Below are positions 27,280-40,000 of a DNA stretch of 64,000 bases, one piece after another (the stretch's first letter is position 1; the number at the start of each line of letters is the position of its first letter). Origin of the DNA: an uncultured Acidobacteriota bacterium (lineage in GTDB: Bacteria; Acidobacteriota; Thermoanaerobaculia; Multivoradales; UBA5704). Under the pieces are notes generated by a model. The model was not told the DNA's origin and did not search any database. It saw nothing but the letters and a program-made list of their open reading frames with translations. The position numbers and the translations under genes were made by a program. The stretch is from NCBI GenBank assembly GCA_963770895.1, contig CAVYRF010000002.1, positions 3,232,001-3,296,000 on the forward strand, read 5' to 3'.

Positions 27280-29253
27280 TCAGGCATTGCCGGCGCGCAG
27301 GCGGCGCAGCAGCTGGCGGCTCTGCGCCAGCAGCTCGTCGCGCACCGCCGAAGTGGTCGAAAGCTGCGGCGCGTAGCGCAGGTAGTGGAGCTCCTCGACC
27401 AGGCGCACGGTGGCGTCGGCGATTTCGACAGGGGCGCCGTGCGCGGCCAGCCAGGCCCCCCAGCGAGACGGGCTGAGGTCGGGCGGCAGTCCCCAGCGCG
27501 CCGCCAGGTAGGCGCGCCACCCCTCCTCGACCATCGAGGCCGCAAGGCGCGGGTGGTCTTCGTGTGCCGCGTCGCGCAGGTGGCGCGCCAGCAGGTCGGC
27601 GCTGGCCGCCATGGCGGCGGGGGAGGCCGTTGCCGGCGCGGGTAAGCCGCCGCCGGCGGTGCTGCCGGGTGCCGCGGCGGCGGTGTCGGAGCTGCCGGCG
27701 ATCGAAGAGAGCCGGCGCCGGCGCGCCCAGAGCGCCAGGAGCACCAGGCCCCAAGCCGCGGCCAGGCCGATCAGGACGCTCGCCACGCGCAGCGGCGTCG
27801 CCCACGTCGCCTGGATCGCTCGCGTCGCCCGCGGCCAGGTCGCCCACCAGGGTGCCCGCGGGTCGGACGTCGGGAGGCGGCCGGCGCCGGCGGTCTCCGG
27901 GCTGGCTGCCTCCGGGCTGGTGCGACGGCCTGCTCCCGGCCGTCGCGGGGGCGGCGCGACGCCGCGCGCGGTCAGCTCCACCGGCGCCGCCGCGGCCATG
28001 CGGTACTCGCGGTGAGCGGGGTCGAAGTAGAGGATGCCGGTCGGCCGCACGGCATAGCGGCCGGGGCGGGCGGCGACCAGCACGTAGGTCCAGGTGCGGC
28101 GTCCCTGGACGGTGGTGCCGTCCAGATGCTCGTCCGACTGCTGTTGCGGCGGGAAGGCGGTCACCCCCGGCGGCAGCTCCAGGCGCGGCGGCGGCACCCC
28201 TTGGAGGTTGCCGGCGCCGCTCAGGGTGAGGGTGTAGGCGGCCCCTTCGCCAGCCGGCAGGCTGTAGGGTTGCAGCTTCGGAGCCAGGCTGACCTGCCCC
28301 ACCAGGCCGCTGAAGCCGGGCGGCGCGGCAGGCAGCGGCTGCACGTCCACCGCCAGCTCAGGGGTCTTGAGGTGCAGCTCCTCGGGGCGCGACATCGGGC
28401 CGAAGAGGTCGGCGACGGGGGATTCGACCACCACGTCGCACGCCGCGGGCTCCAGGACATGATGGCCGGGGGCGAGGGCGAACAGCGCCTTGCTGAGCAA
28501 CGCCACGCGCCCATAGCGGTCGTTGCCGATGCCCACCATCTGGGGCGTCAGGTGTTCCGGCTGGGGGATGTCGCGCACCCAGAAGCCGCTGAAGTTGGGC
28601 AGCCCGGTGGCATTGATCGCGGCCACGTCCTGGCGGGTGTACAGATACACCGTGTACAGCGCCTGCTCGCCGGCCATCGGGCGCGTCGGCAGCACTTCGG
28701 CGCGCAGGAACGCCGCCGGGCCGCTCGGCACCTGCGGCTGGCGCGCCAGCGGCGAGCGGCCCCTGAACAGCTGGTCGAACAGGTCCGCCGGGCTGCGCGG
28801 GAACGGTGCTCCGGCGCTGGCGCCGCCGCCGGCTGCCGGCGCGGCGCGGCCGGTCGGCTGCTCCTGCACCTGCAGCTCCTGGTCCGGCAGGTGCACGGCG
28901 TCGCCGCGCAGGTTGAGGGTGAGCGCGCGCACGTGCGCCGGGCCGACGGCGAGCGGCCGCAGGCGTAGCGAAAACCGGAAGGAGCGCGACAGGTTGCCGT
29001 TGATGACGTTGATGTCTTCGAACTGCGACGCGCCGCCCAGCATCTCCAGGTTGTCCAGCTTGAACGTCGGTTCGAAGCGCAGGCTCTGCATGCCGCCGCC
29101 CTCGGCTTCGATCGTCAGGGTTGCCGTCTCGTCAAGGCCGACCACCCCCGGATCGAGCGACACGTGCACCTGAAAAGGCGGCGCCGCCGCGGCCAGCGGC
29201 GCGGCCGCCAGCAGCAGCGGCAGCAGCAGCAAGGCCGGTACCGCCGTCCTCAC
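27280..29253 (-). CDS. batD: BatD-like protein
   Basis: Signal peptide, tandem Ig-like BatD domains (LTLSGAGNL, YFDP) and a C-terminal TM helix; last gene of the moxR-bat operon. Confidence 0.8.
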   Translation of the reverse strand: MRTAVPALLLLPLLLAAAPLAAAAPPFQVHVSLDPGVVGLDETATLTIEAEGGGMQSLRFEPTFKLDNLEMLGGASQFEDINVINGNLSRSFRFSLRLRPLAVGPAHVRALTLNLRGDAVHLPDQELQVQEQPTGRAAPAAGGGASAGAPFPRSPADLFDQLFRGRSPLARQPQVPSGPAAFLRAEVLPTRPMAGEQALYTVYLYTRQDVAAINATGLPNFSGFWVRDIPQPEHLTPQMVGIGNDRYGRVALLSKALFALAPGHHVLEPAACDVVVESPVADLFGPMSRPEELHLKTPELAVDVQPLPAAPPGFSGLVGQVSLAPKLQPYSLPAGEGAAYTLTLSGAGNLQGVPPPRLELPPGVTAFPPQQQSDEHLDGTTVQGRRTWTYVLVAARPGRYAVRPTGILYFDPAHREYRMAAAAPVELTARGVAPPPRRPGAGRRTSPEAASPETAGAGRLPTSDPRAPWWATWPRATRAIQATWATPLRVASVLIGLAAAWGLVLLALWARRRRLSSIAGSSDTAAAAPGSTAGGGLPAPATASPAAMAASADLLARHLRDAAHEDHPRLAASMVEEGWRAYLAARWGLPPDLSPSRWGAWLAAHGAPVEIADATVRLVEELHYLRYAPQLSTTSAVRDELLAQSRQLLRRLRAGNA

Positions 29254-30245
29254 CAGTCCTCTCCCTTGGCGGCGCGCTGGCGCGCTTCGCGGGCGGCGGC
29301 TTCGCGGCGCTGCTGGCGCTCCAGGTTTTGCACCGCTTCCAGCACGGCCGCCGCCTGGTTGGCGGTCATCTCGGGCTGGTCCTTATAGCCGGGGAGCGGC
29401 TGCTGGCCGTTGAGCGGCGCCGGCTGGCCGTTGGGGCCGGGCCTGCCCTGCGCCCCCGCGTTGCCGCTCTGCGCCTGGCGCTGCGGCGCCTGCTGCTGAT
29501 TGCCGGGCTGAGTGCTGGGCTTGCCGGGCTGCGGATTGGAGCCGGGATTGCCGGGGCCGCCCTGGCCGGCGGTCTGCTGGCGGTCGCCGGCGCGCGGCGT
29601 GCCGCCGCCGCTGCGCGGCCCCGCGGCGCGCCGCTGGTTCTGCTGCTCCCGCTGACACTGCATCGCCAGCTCCAGGTTGAACTTGGCATCGGCGTCGGCC
29701 GGCGCCAGCCGCAACGCCTGCTTGTACGCCTCGATGGCGCCGGCGTATTCGCCGGTGGCAAAGCGGGCGTTGCCCAGGTTGTAGCTGGCGGCGCGCCCCA
29801 GGTCCCGTCCGGCACCCTTGGCGGCCTTTTCGAGCAGCGGCGCCGCCTCTCCCGCCAGCTTGCGGTCGCCGGTCGCGAGCCGCGCGCTGCCGGCGTTGTA
29901 GCTGGTGAGGTTGGACTCCGGCGCCAGCCGCGCCGCGCTGTCGGCGTCCGCCACCGCCGCCTTGCCGTCGCCGTGGCGCAGGGCGTCGATCGCCGCCGCC
30001 GTCCGCTCGCGCGGGTTGTACAGCCAGCGCTCGGCCCACGCCGGCAGCTGTGGGTGCGCCAGCCACATCAGCGACTTGAGCGCCGACCCGGCGTCCGGCA
30101 GCTGCGGCATCGCCAGAGCGGGGAAGCCAACCATCGCCGCGGGCTCCGAGCCCGGCGTCCGCAATGCCGGCGCGGACCCCGCAAGGGCCGCCGTCGCGGG
30201 CACGGCCAGGCACAGCAGTGCCACCGGCACGAAGGTCGCCTTCAT
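29250..30245 (-). CDS. TPR protein (BatC-like)
   Basis: ASYNLGNARF...AIEAYKQALRLAPADADAKFNLELA, a Gln-rich linker and a terminal EDW. Confidence 0.82.
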   Translation of the reverse strand: MKATFVPVALLCLAVPATAALAGSAPALRTPGSEPAAMVGFPALAMPQLPDAGSALKSLMWLAHPQLPAWAERWLYNPRERTAAAIDALRHGDGKAAVADADSAARLAPESNLTSYNAGSARLATGDRKLAGEAAPLLEKAAKGAGRDLGRAASYNLGNARFATGEYAGAIEAYKQALRLAPADADAKFNLELAMQCQREQQNQRRAAGPRSGGGTPRAGDRQQTAGQGGPGNPGSNPQPGKPSTQPGNQQQAPQRQAQSGNAGAQGRPGPNGQPAPLNGQQPLPGYKDQPEMTANQAAAVLEAVQNLERQQRREAAAREARQRAAKGEDW

Positions 30246-31243
30246 GCCGTCCGCCTTTGCTCGGCGACGAAGGGGCCGACCGCCAGCTGCAGGGCGAGCG
30301 CCGCCGCGGCCAGCAGCAGCGGCCACTGGAAGCGCTCTTCGGCGGTGACCACGGTTTCGTTTTCGAGCGTGCGCTTTTCCAGCCGATCGATGTGGCTCAG
30401 GATCGGCGCCGGGTCGGTGGCGGCGCTGGTGACGCGCAGGTAGGTGCCGCCGGTGGCACGGGCGAGCGGTTCCAGGTTCTCTTCGTGCAGGCGGGTGATG
30501 ACCACCTGCCCCTGGTCGTCGCGCTTGTAGTCGCTGCCACCCAACGGGATGGGCGATCCCTGGGGCGTGCCGACGCCCAGCGCGAACACCACGACGCCGC
30601 TGTCCTTGAGCTTGGCGGTGGCGGCATCGAGCGCGCCGCCGTGGTCTTCGCCGTCGGACAGGATGACCAGCGCGCGATGCTTGGCGCTCTGCGGGCCGAA
30701 CAGCTGCAGCGCCGTATCGATGCCGGCGGCCAGCTCGGTGCCCGGCAGCGGCAGCGAGCCCGGCTCGACGGTGTCCAGCAGCAGGTCGAGCACCGCGCCG
30801 TCCAGCGTCAGCGGCGCCAGCATCAAGCCTTCGCCCTCCGACTGCACCAGCGCCACGCGGTCGCCAGGCATCGCCTGGCTCATCCGGCGGATCAGCGTCT
30901 TGGCCGCGAACAGGCGCGACGGCGCAATGTCGGGCGCCGCCATCGACAGCGAAGAGTCGAGCAGGAACACCACGTCGACGCCGCGGCGCTCGACTTTTTC
31001 TTCGGCTCCCCCCCAGCGCGGGCGGCCCAGCGCCAGCGCCATGCCGGCCACCGACAGCCCGATGCAGGCGATGGAGAGCGCCAGGCGAGCCGGGCTGTAG
31101 GCCGGCAGCAGGCGGTCCCAAAGGCCGCGCGCCGCCCACGCTTCGTCCGCCCGCAGCCGCCGGCGCCACAGCGCGGCGGCCGCGACGGCGGCGAGCGGCG
31201 CCAGCGCCAGCAGCCACAGCAGGCGGGGAGCACCAAAGCTCAT
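30242..31243 (-). CDS. batB: VWA-domain protein BatB
   Basis: ALGRPRWG, MIDAS motif LDSSLSM, APSRL and LSDGEDH. Confidence 0.85.
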   Translation of the reverse strand: MSFGAPRLLWLLALAPLAAVAAAALWRRRLRADEAWAARGLWDRLLPAYSPARLALSIACIGLSVAGMALALGRPRWGGAEEKVERRGVDVVFLLDSSLSMAAPDIAPSRLFAAKTLIRRMSQAMPGDRVALVQSEGEGLMLAPLTLDGAVLDLLLDTVEPGSLPLPGTELAAGIDTALQLFGPQSAKHRALVILSDGEDHGGALDAATAKLKDSGVVVFALGVGTPQGSPIPLGGSDYKRDDQGQVVITRLHEENLEPLARATGGTYLRVTSAATDPAPILSHIDRLEKRTLENETVVTAEERFQWPLLLAAAALALQLAVGPFVAEQRRTA

Positions 31244-32379
31244 GGCTCGGCCGTCACCTGCAAGCCGGCCACGGCCAGCGGCAGCATCAGCAGCGACAGA
31301 CCGGCGACGGCAAGCGGCGCAAACCCCTCGCGGTAGCGCACGTAGCGCTTCACCTTGAGCGGCGTCTTTTCCAGCCGGTCGATGTCGGCGAAGATGCCTT
31401 CCAGGCTCCGCTGGTCGGTCGCCTTGTAGTAGAGGCCGCCGGTGCGCTGGGCGATCTGGCGCAGCAGCCCTTCGTCCACGGCGACGTTCATCATCTGCCG
31501 CCGGTACTCGATCCTGCCGGTTTCGGGGTTCTGCACCGGCACCGGCACCGGCACCCGGCCGGCGGTGCCCACGCCGACCGCGTACACCTTGAGGCCCAGG
31601 CCCTTGCACATCGCGGCGGCCGAGATCGGATCGATCTCGCCGGCGTTGTTGCCGCCGTCGGTGACCAGCACGATGATGCGCGTCTTGGCCGGGCTGGTGT
31701 GCAGGCGCGCCGCCGCGGCAGCCAGCGCCACGCCGATGGCCGTGCCGTCGGGCAGGCTGTTGAGCGCCACCGAATCGACCAGCAGCCCCAGCATCGCATG
31801 GTCGGTGGTGAGCGGTGCGCGCGTCATCGCCCGGCCCGAAAACACCACCAAACCGATGCGGTCGCCGGTGCGGCCGGCGATGAACTGCTTGACCACCTGC
31901 TTGGCCACCGCCAGCCGGTTCTGCGGCTGAAAATCTTCGGCCGCCATGCTGCCCGAGATGTCCAGCACCAGCTCGATGTCGATCCCCTCGGTCAGGCTCT
32001 CCTCCCAGGCATACCCCAGCTGCGGCCGCGCCAGCGCCATCACCATGCAAGCCAGCGCCGCCAGCCGCAGGTAGAACGGCAGGTGCAGGCGCCAAGCGCC
32101 GCCCGGCCGCCGCCACCGGCGGCGGCTGCTTGCGGCCGGCGGTTGGGAGGGCCCCGCGGCTTGGGCGGCGACCGGGTTGACAGTCGCCATGTAGGAAGCG
32201 GCAGGGCTGGTGGCCGCCGGGCCGGCGGCCACCGCACCGGCGGCGCGGGTGCCGGGCAGCTGGCTGTAGGTCAATGCGCCCAGCGATTGCCGGTGATGGT
32301 GATGCCAGGCCAGCAGCGGCAGCGCCAGCAGCGCCATCAGCCACCAGGGATTAGCCAGGTGGGGAAACACCGCCGTCAT
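31240..32379 (-). CDS. batA: VWA-domain protein BatA
   Basis: ALARPQLG, LDISGSMAAEDFQPQNRL, DGTAIG and TDGGNNAG. Confidence 0.88.
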   Translation of the reverse strand: MTAVFPHLANPWWLMALLALPLLAWHHHHRQSLGALTYSQLPGTRAAGAVAAGPAATSPAASYMATVNPVAAQAAGPSQPPAASSRRRWRRPGGAWRLHLPFYLRLAALACMVMALARPQLGYAWEESLTEGIDIELVLDISGSMAAEDFQPQNRLAVAKQVVKQFIAGRTGDRIGLVVFSGRAMTRAPLTTDHAMLGLLVDSVALNSLPDGTAIGVALAAAAARLHTSPAKTRIIVLVTDGGNNAGEIDPISAAAMCKGLGLKVYAVGVGTAGRVPVPVPVQNPETGRIEYRRQMMNVAVDEGLLRQIAQRTGGLYYKATDQRSLEGIFADIDRLEKTPLKVKRYVRYREGFAPLAVAGLSLLMLPLAVAGLQVTAEP

Positions 32380-32474
32380 CCCGCCGCCTCCCGGCCGCAG
32401 GCATGAACGTGAAGCGCAGTCAGGACCAGCGCGATTTCTCCCATTGGTGCCGGCGCAATCATCCCGCCGCCTCC
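32376..32474 (-). repeat. 16-bp direct repeat flanking a 28-aa mini-ORF (32376..32462)
   Basis: TCATCCCGCCGCCTCC occurs at 32376-32391 and 32459-32474 (minus strand GGAGGCGGCGGGATGA, an RBS plus stop/start overlap). Confidence 0.8.
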
Positions 32475-33585
32475 AGGGGAGCGGGCGCCGCGGCGGCGGC
32501 GCGGTTTTCGGCTTCGATCTGCTCGCCCAGGCGGCGCGCGGCGTCCAGGCGCTCGCGGGAGCGTTCGGGCGCCACCTGCTGGCGGGCGAACTTCACCATG
32601 TCGCAGGCGCGCAGCAGCTCTACCAGGGGCCGCACCACCGCGCCGGGCCAGCCGCGCGCCAGCAGCGTGCGCTGGATTTCACTGGTGGTGCTTTCGGGCG
32701 CCGGAAAGGCGCAGGCGCGTCCCAGGTAGCGGCGCAGTGCCTGGCTGAGGCCGGTGTGCAGCGCGGCCGGCGAGCCTGCGTCGTCGTGTTCCAGCCGGGT
32801 GAGCGCCGCCACCAGCTCGGGCCAGGGGGCCAGCGCGGGCACCGCCACGGTGCCTGCCGCATCCTGGCGCCGCCGGCGCCGCCACAGCATCCACAGGCCC
32901 GCGCCCGCCAGGGCGGCCAGCGCCGCCAGGGTGAGGAAGAAGGGCAGCCCCCATGGCAGCGGGCGCAGCGTTGCCGGCGGCCGCAGATGCCGGTCCTTGT
33001 CGCTTGGCGGCAGCACCGACTTGACCGTGATCGCGGCGCCGGCGGGAGTCATCGCCTGCACCGTGCCGCCGGCGAGCGGCACCGCGATCGCCACTGGCGG
33101 CAGCTCCACCTTGCCGGTGCGGAACGCCGCCAACACCAGGCGCTGCGTGTAGGTGATGGCGCCGCCGGCGCCGTCGCGCCGCAGCGGTTCGGCATGCTCG
33201 CGCACCTCCGCTTCGCCCCACGCTTCGCCCCACACCGGAAACCGCGGCTCGCCGGCCAGCCGCGCTCCCGCCGGCACCCGCAACGTGACGATCGCCTCCA
33301 GCCGATCTCCCACTGTCACCGCCGTACCCGGCAGCATTACCGACGCCCGCGGCGTGGGGCCGGCCGGCGTTGCAGCAACCGGCGATGCCGTGGAGGCCGC
33401 CGTTCCCGCAACGGGTATGGGTGCAGCAACCGGTGTAGCCGCAGCCGGCCGCGGACCGGCTGCCAGCGGCGCCGGCAGCACCGGTGCGCCGGCAGTGGGC
33501 GGCGCGCTCGCGGCGACCGCCGGTGTGGCGATCGCGACGGCCGCAAAGGTCGCGACGGCGACGGCAAGGCGCTTTGCGGCGGTGA

Positions 33586-33589
<4 letters not shown>
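32459..33589 (-). CDS. Membrane-anchored hypothetical protein of the moxR-bat operon
   Basis: Signal peptide, one Ig-like domain, a TM helix, then LRRYL...ESTTSEI...DMVKFA as commonly seen between DUF58 and batA. Confidence 0.75.
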
Positions 33590-35492
<1,903 letters not shown>

Positions 35493-35675
35493 GGCGCTCC
35501 CTCGGACAAAACCCTGGGCTGCAAGCCCAGTGCCACCGACCCCCAAGCCAAGAACACTCGCCCTGCCAAGCAATTAAGCCCAATCAACCGGTCGCCGCGA
35601 CGCCCGATCGGCCAATTCGGCACACGGCCGATCGATCTCGATAGAGGGCTGGCTGGGGTCTGATAGCGTGCGGAG

Positions 35676-36506
35676 GTGTCCGGGCCGCGGCTGAAAAAGG
35701 AGTTGGGGCAGCATCACCTGCGCGATGGGGCGCTGTGCCGGCCGCTGGTGGAGTTCCTGCAGCCGGACGGCCAGCAGGTGGTCGAGGTGGGGCCTGGCGG
35801 CGGGGTGCTGACCGGCGAGCTGGTCGCCGCCGGTGCCCGCGTGCTGGCGTGGGAGGTGGACATGGCCTGGGCGCTGGAGCTGCGGCGCCGCTTCGCGCTC
35901 CTGGATCGGCAGCTGCATGGGCTCCGGGAGCCCCGCGCCGGGTTGGCGATCGTTGTGGGAGACGCCATGGACCTCCCGTGGGGACGCCTGCCGGCCGGCA
36001 CGCTGGCGGCGGGCAACCTGCCGTACAACATCGCGACCGCCCTGATCGCGGCGCTCCTGCCGCACCACCGGCTGGTGCCGCGCGCCGCGTTCCTGGTGCA
36101 GCGCGAAGTGGCCGACCGCCTGCTGGCGGCGCCCGGCGATCCCGCCTATGGCGCGCTCAGCGTGCTGGTGGCGGCCTGCTCCCGCGCCGTGCTGCTGGCG
36201 CGCGTGCGCCGCGGCAGCTTCCGCCCGCCGCCGCGGGTCGAGGGCGCCTTTGTCGGCTTCGATCTGCAGCCGCCGCCGCTGCCCGACGACCAGATGCCGG
36301 CCTTTCTGGCCACCGTCCGAGCGGCCTTTGCCCAGCGCCGCAAGACCCTGCGCAACTCCCTGGCCACCGCTTGGGGACGCGACCGCACGGCCGCCGCGCT
36401 CGCCGCCCTGGGCCTGCCCGACACCCAGCGCGCCGAAACCATGAGCCTGACGGAGCTGCTCGCGCTCCATCGGGAAGGCACTGGCCTGGAGCCGCAAACC
36501 CCATGA
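35676..36506 (+). CDS. rsmA: 16S rRNA m6(2)A dimethyltransferase
   Basis: KKELGQH, EVGPGGGVLT, GNLPYNI, QREVADRL and FAQRRKTLRNSL. Confidence 0.92.
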   Translation: MSGPRLKKELGQHHLRDGALCRPLVEFLQPDGQQVVEVGPGGGVLTGELVAAGARVLAWEVDMAWALELRRRFALLDRQLHGLREPRAGLAIVVGDAMDLPWGRLPAGTLAAGNLPYNIATALIAALLPHHRLVPRAAFLVQREVADRLLAAPGDPAYGALSVLVAACSRAVLLARVRRGSFRPPPRVEGAFVGFDLQPPPLPDDQMPAFLATVRAAFAQRRKTLRNSLATAWGRDRTAAALAALGLPDTQRAETMSLTELLALHREGTGLEPQTP

Positions 36507-36525
36507 CAGGGACCGGAAGAGCGCC

Positions 36526-36560
36526 GCGGCGCCGATCACCTGACGGGGATCGGCGGCCGC
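36526..36560. terminator. GC-rich hairpin between convergent rsmA and the peptide gene
   Basis: GCGGCGCCGATC...GATCGGCGGCCGC inverted repeat; no U-tract. Confidence 0.3.
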
Positions 36561-36572
36561 GGCCGGGGCTGG

Positions 36573-36746
36573 TCAGTAGCAGGCGGCGCAGCTGCCGCAG
36601 CAGGTGCTGACGCAGAGGGGGGAGGTCTCGGGGAGCGGGTTGGTCGGGTAGATCGGATTGATGGCGGCGCCGCCGGTGCGGTTCAGGGTCTGCAGGCACA
36701 GGACGGTTTCTCGGTGGAGCACCAGGGGGCTGCGATGCTTTTTCAT
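36573..36746 (-). CDS. Small Cys/Ser/Thr-rich peptide, putative RiPP (lanthipeptide-like) precursor
   Basis: Strong RBS AAAGGAGAG; 57 aa MKKHRSPLVLHRETVLCLQTLNRTGG-AAINPIYPTNPLPETSPLCVSTCCGSCAACY. Confidence 0.7.
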   Translation of the reverse strand: MKKHRSPLVLHRETVLCLQTLNRTGGAAINPIYPTNPLPETSPLCVSTCCGSCAACY

Positions 36747-37006
36747 CGATCTCTCCTTTGCGGCTGGAAGGCCGCCGCGCGACGCGCGCGGGGTGAGGCA
36801 TGAGGCGTGACGCTTCATCTCAAGAGGTGCCGCCGAGACGGATTTTTGGCACGGTGGGGTGCGCCGGACGCGGTTCAAGAAGGCGATGTGCTAGAATTCT
36901 AGGGTATTTAGCGACCAATCCTTAAACCAGTACATAGGCCCTGGATCGACCCACATTTTCCAGCTCTCGGGGAGAGCCAACAGCCGGACACCCACGAGCC
37001 CGCCCA

Positions 37007-40000
37007 ATGTCGGTCGCCGTCACACGCACCAACAAGCGCCCTGAACGCCCGACCCTCTCTCCGGAGAAGGGGAGCGAGCTGCTCGGCATGGCGTTGGTGG
37101 GCCTGTCGCTGCTGCTGGCCCTCAGCTTTGCCAGCTACCAGCCGAGCGATCCCAGCCTGTTTCACGAGCTGCCGGAAGCGGCGCGGTCGCGCAACTGGAT
37201 CGGCCCGCTGGGCGCTCAGGCGGCGGCGGTGGGATTCGGCTTCTTCGGCGTCAGCTGCTTTTTGACCCCGATCTTCCTGCTGGTCGCCGGTTGGCGGCGG
37301 CTGCGCAGCGCCGCGGCGCCGCGGGTGGTGGGGCGCGGTTTCGGCTCGGCGCTGCTGCTGGCGTCGATGCCGGCGCTCTGCCAGGTGGTGTTGGGGCAGA
37401 TCCCCTGGCGCGGCGAGGCGCAGGCGGCAGGCGGCGCCATCGGCTCGGTGGTGGTCGGGCTGCTGGACGAGCGGCTGAACGTCGCCGGGTCGCTGGTGGT
37501 GCTGGCTCTGGCCGCGGCCCTGGGCCTGGCGCTGGTGGTGCAGTCGACCCTGGGCCAGGTGCTGGCCAGCTGGCGGCAGCGGCTGCGCCAGGTGTGGCAG
37601 GACCACACCCTGGCGCGCGAGCGCCGCAAGGAGCGGCGCGAAAAGGAGCGGGCGCGGCGCCGGGTCATCACCAAGCACCTGCAGCGCGTGGTCGAAGAAA
37701 AGCAGCAGAAGCAGCGGCGTGACGAAGACGTCGCCGCCAGGCGCGCGCCAGACCCCTCTCAGTCACCGCGGTCGCCGCGGCTGGCGGTGCGCGGCGCGCC
37801 GATGCAGCCGCTGGACGCGCTCAATCCGATGATCGCGGCCGGCGACCCCGGCGCCGACGACGTCTCGACCATGACCGACGGCCGCCTCGACCTGCCGCTG
37901 CGCGCCGCGCCGCGCCAGGGTCCCGCCGACCTGGGCGTGCGGCGGGTGGTGAGCCGCCCCGCGGCCGCCGCTTTCCTCCTGGACGGCGGCGCGCCCGGCG
38001 CCGGGGGCAACCTGGCGCCGCCCAGGGGCTCCGCGCCGGGCTTCGCACCCGCCCGGGGCGCCGCGCCGGCTGCCGCTGCCGCGGGTGGCGCCAGTGCTGC
38101 CGGCGCCGCTGCGACCTTCGGCTCCGCCGGTGCCGCTGCGACCTTTGGCTCCGCCGGTGCGGCTGATGCCTTCGGTGCAACGGGTGCCTTCGGTGCTGCT
38201 GGTTCCTCGGCTGCCGCCGGTACTGCCGCTGCCTCCGGTGCCGGTGGTGCGGTGGGGGCCGCCGGTGTCTCCGGCCCGCAGCCAGTGCGGGTGGTGGTGC
38301 GGCGCGGCACGCCTCCGGGCCACGTCTCCTCGACGGGGCACGCGCCCGCCTCCGGCCAGGCCTTCACAGGGCAGACCTCACCTGCCGGTCAGGCGTCGAC
38401 CGGCTCTGCCAGCAGCGCCGCCGCCGCTAGCGCCGGATCCTTTGCGGATGAATGGCTCGACCGCCACGACGGCGCCGGGCGACCGCAGGGTGCGGAACCG
38501 TTGCGGCCAAGCCGCCCCGGCACCGCCGCCCCCGCTTCAGCCGCCGGTCCCGCTGCCGGCGGCGGCTCCTCTGCCGGCGCCGGCGCGCTGCCGCGGGCGT
38601 CGGACCGCGCCGCCGCCGCTGGCGTCGGCGTCCCCGCTGCCGCTCTGCCGCAACCCAAGCTGCCGTTTGCCGGCGAGGCCAACGCGGTCCCCGGCGGCGG
38701 CGTGTTGCCGCCCATCAATCTCCTGCAGCTTGGCGACGGCAAGGGGACGATGGACGAAACGGAGCTGATGCGGCTGGGCGAGGTGATCCGCAACCGTTGC
38801 GCTGAGTTCGGCGTCGAAGGGACGATCGAGGCGATCAGCCCCGGGCCGGTGATCACGGTGTACGAGTTCCAGCCCGCTCCCGGCGTCAAGGTGGCCCACA
38901 TCGTCAATTTGCAGGACGACCTGGCGCTGGCGCTCAAGGCTGAATCGGTGCGCATCGACCGGCTTGCCGGGCGCTCCACCCTGGGCCTGGAAGTGCCCAA
39001 CCGCGAACGGGGTGTCATCCGCCTGGGCTCGCTGCTGGCCGACGAGCGCTTCCGCAAGCTGCAGTCGCCGCTCACCATGGCGATCGGCACCACGATCTAC
39101 GGCGAGCCCTACTACGCCGACCTGGCGACCATGCCGCACCTGCTGGTGGCCGGCGCCACCGGTGCCGGCAAGAGCGTCGGCTTGCAGAGCATGATCACTT
39201 CGATCCTCTACCGGGCGACGCGCGACGAGGTGCAGTTCATCTTCATCGACCCCAAGCGCATCGAGCTGGGCGTCTATGCCGACATCCCGCACCTCAAGGC
39301 CGAGGTGGTGGTCGACCCCAAGAAGGCCGCCAACGCGCTGCGCTGGGCGGTGGCCGAGATGGAGCGGCGCTACCGCCTGCTGGCCGAGGTGCACGTGCGG
39401 TCGATCGCCTATTACAACCGCGCCATCTGCGACCCCGAGGTGCGCGAGCGCCTGGCGCTGACGGAGGACGCCGAAAGCAGCCCGTTCACCGCCGCCGATC
39501 TCAAGCCGATGCCGTATTACGTGGTGATCATCGACGAGCTGGCCGACCTGATGATGGTCTCGTCGTCGGAGGTCGAAACCTCGATCGCCCGCCTGGCGCA
39601 GATGGCGCGGGCGGTCGGCATCCACCTGATCGTCGCCACCCAGCGGCCGTCGGTGGACGTGCTGACCGGCACCATCAAGGCCAACTTCCCCTGCCGCATC
39701 TCGTACGCCACGGCCAGCCGCCACGACTCCCGCACCATCCTCGACCAGGTGGGGTCCGAAAAGCTGCTCGGCAAGGGCGACATGCTGATGATGCCGCCCG
39801 GCTCCTCGCGCGTCATCCGCCTGCACGGCGCCTACGTGTCCGAGCAGGAAACCGCCTCGCTGGTGCGTTGGCTCAAGAAGCAGGGCAAGCCCGACCTGGA
39901 CCCCGACGTGCTGCGCGCGCCGGCGGAAAGCGAGGGCCACAGCGGCGAAGCCGGCGACAACGACGACGAGCTCTACGACGAAGCGGCGCGCCTGGTGGTG

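Noticed and set aside
36847-36862. Sigma54-like TGGCACG motif upstream of ftsK (and another near 4295-4310)
   Set aside because: The GC dinucleotide is one base off the strict -24/-12 spacing and TTGC is absent.
36880-36945. AT-rich patch next to ftsK as a dif site
   Set aside because: No XerC/XerD arms (such as TTATGTTAAA) are present. Explained as the divergent promoter region, which includes a CTAGAATTCTAG palindrome.
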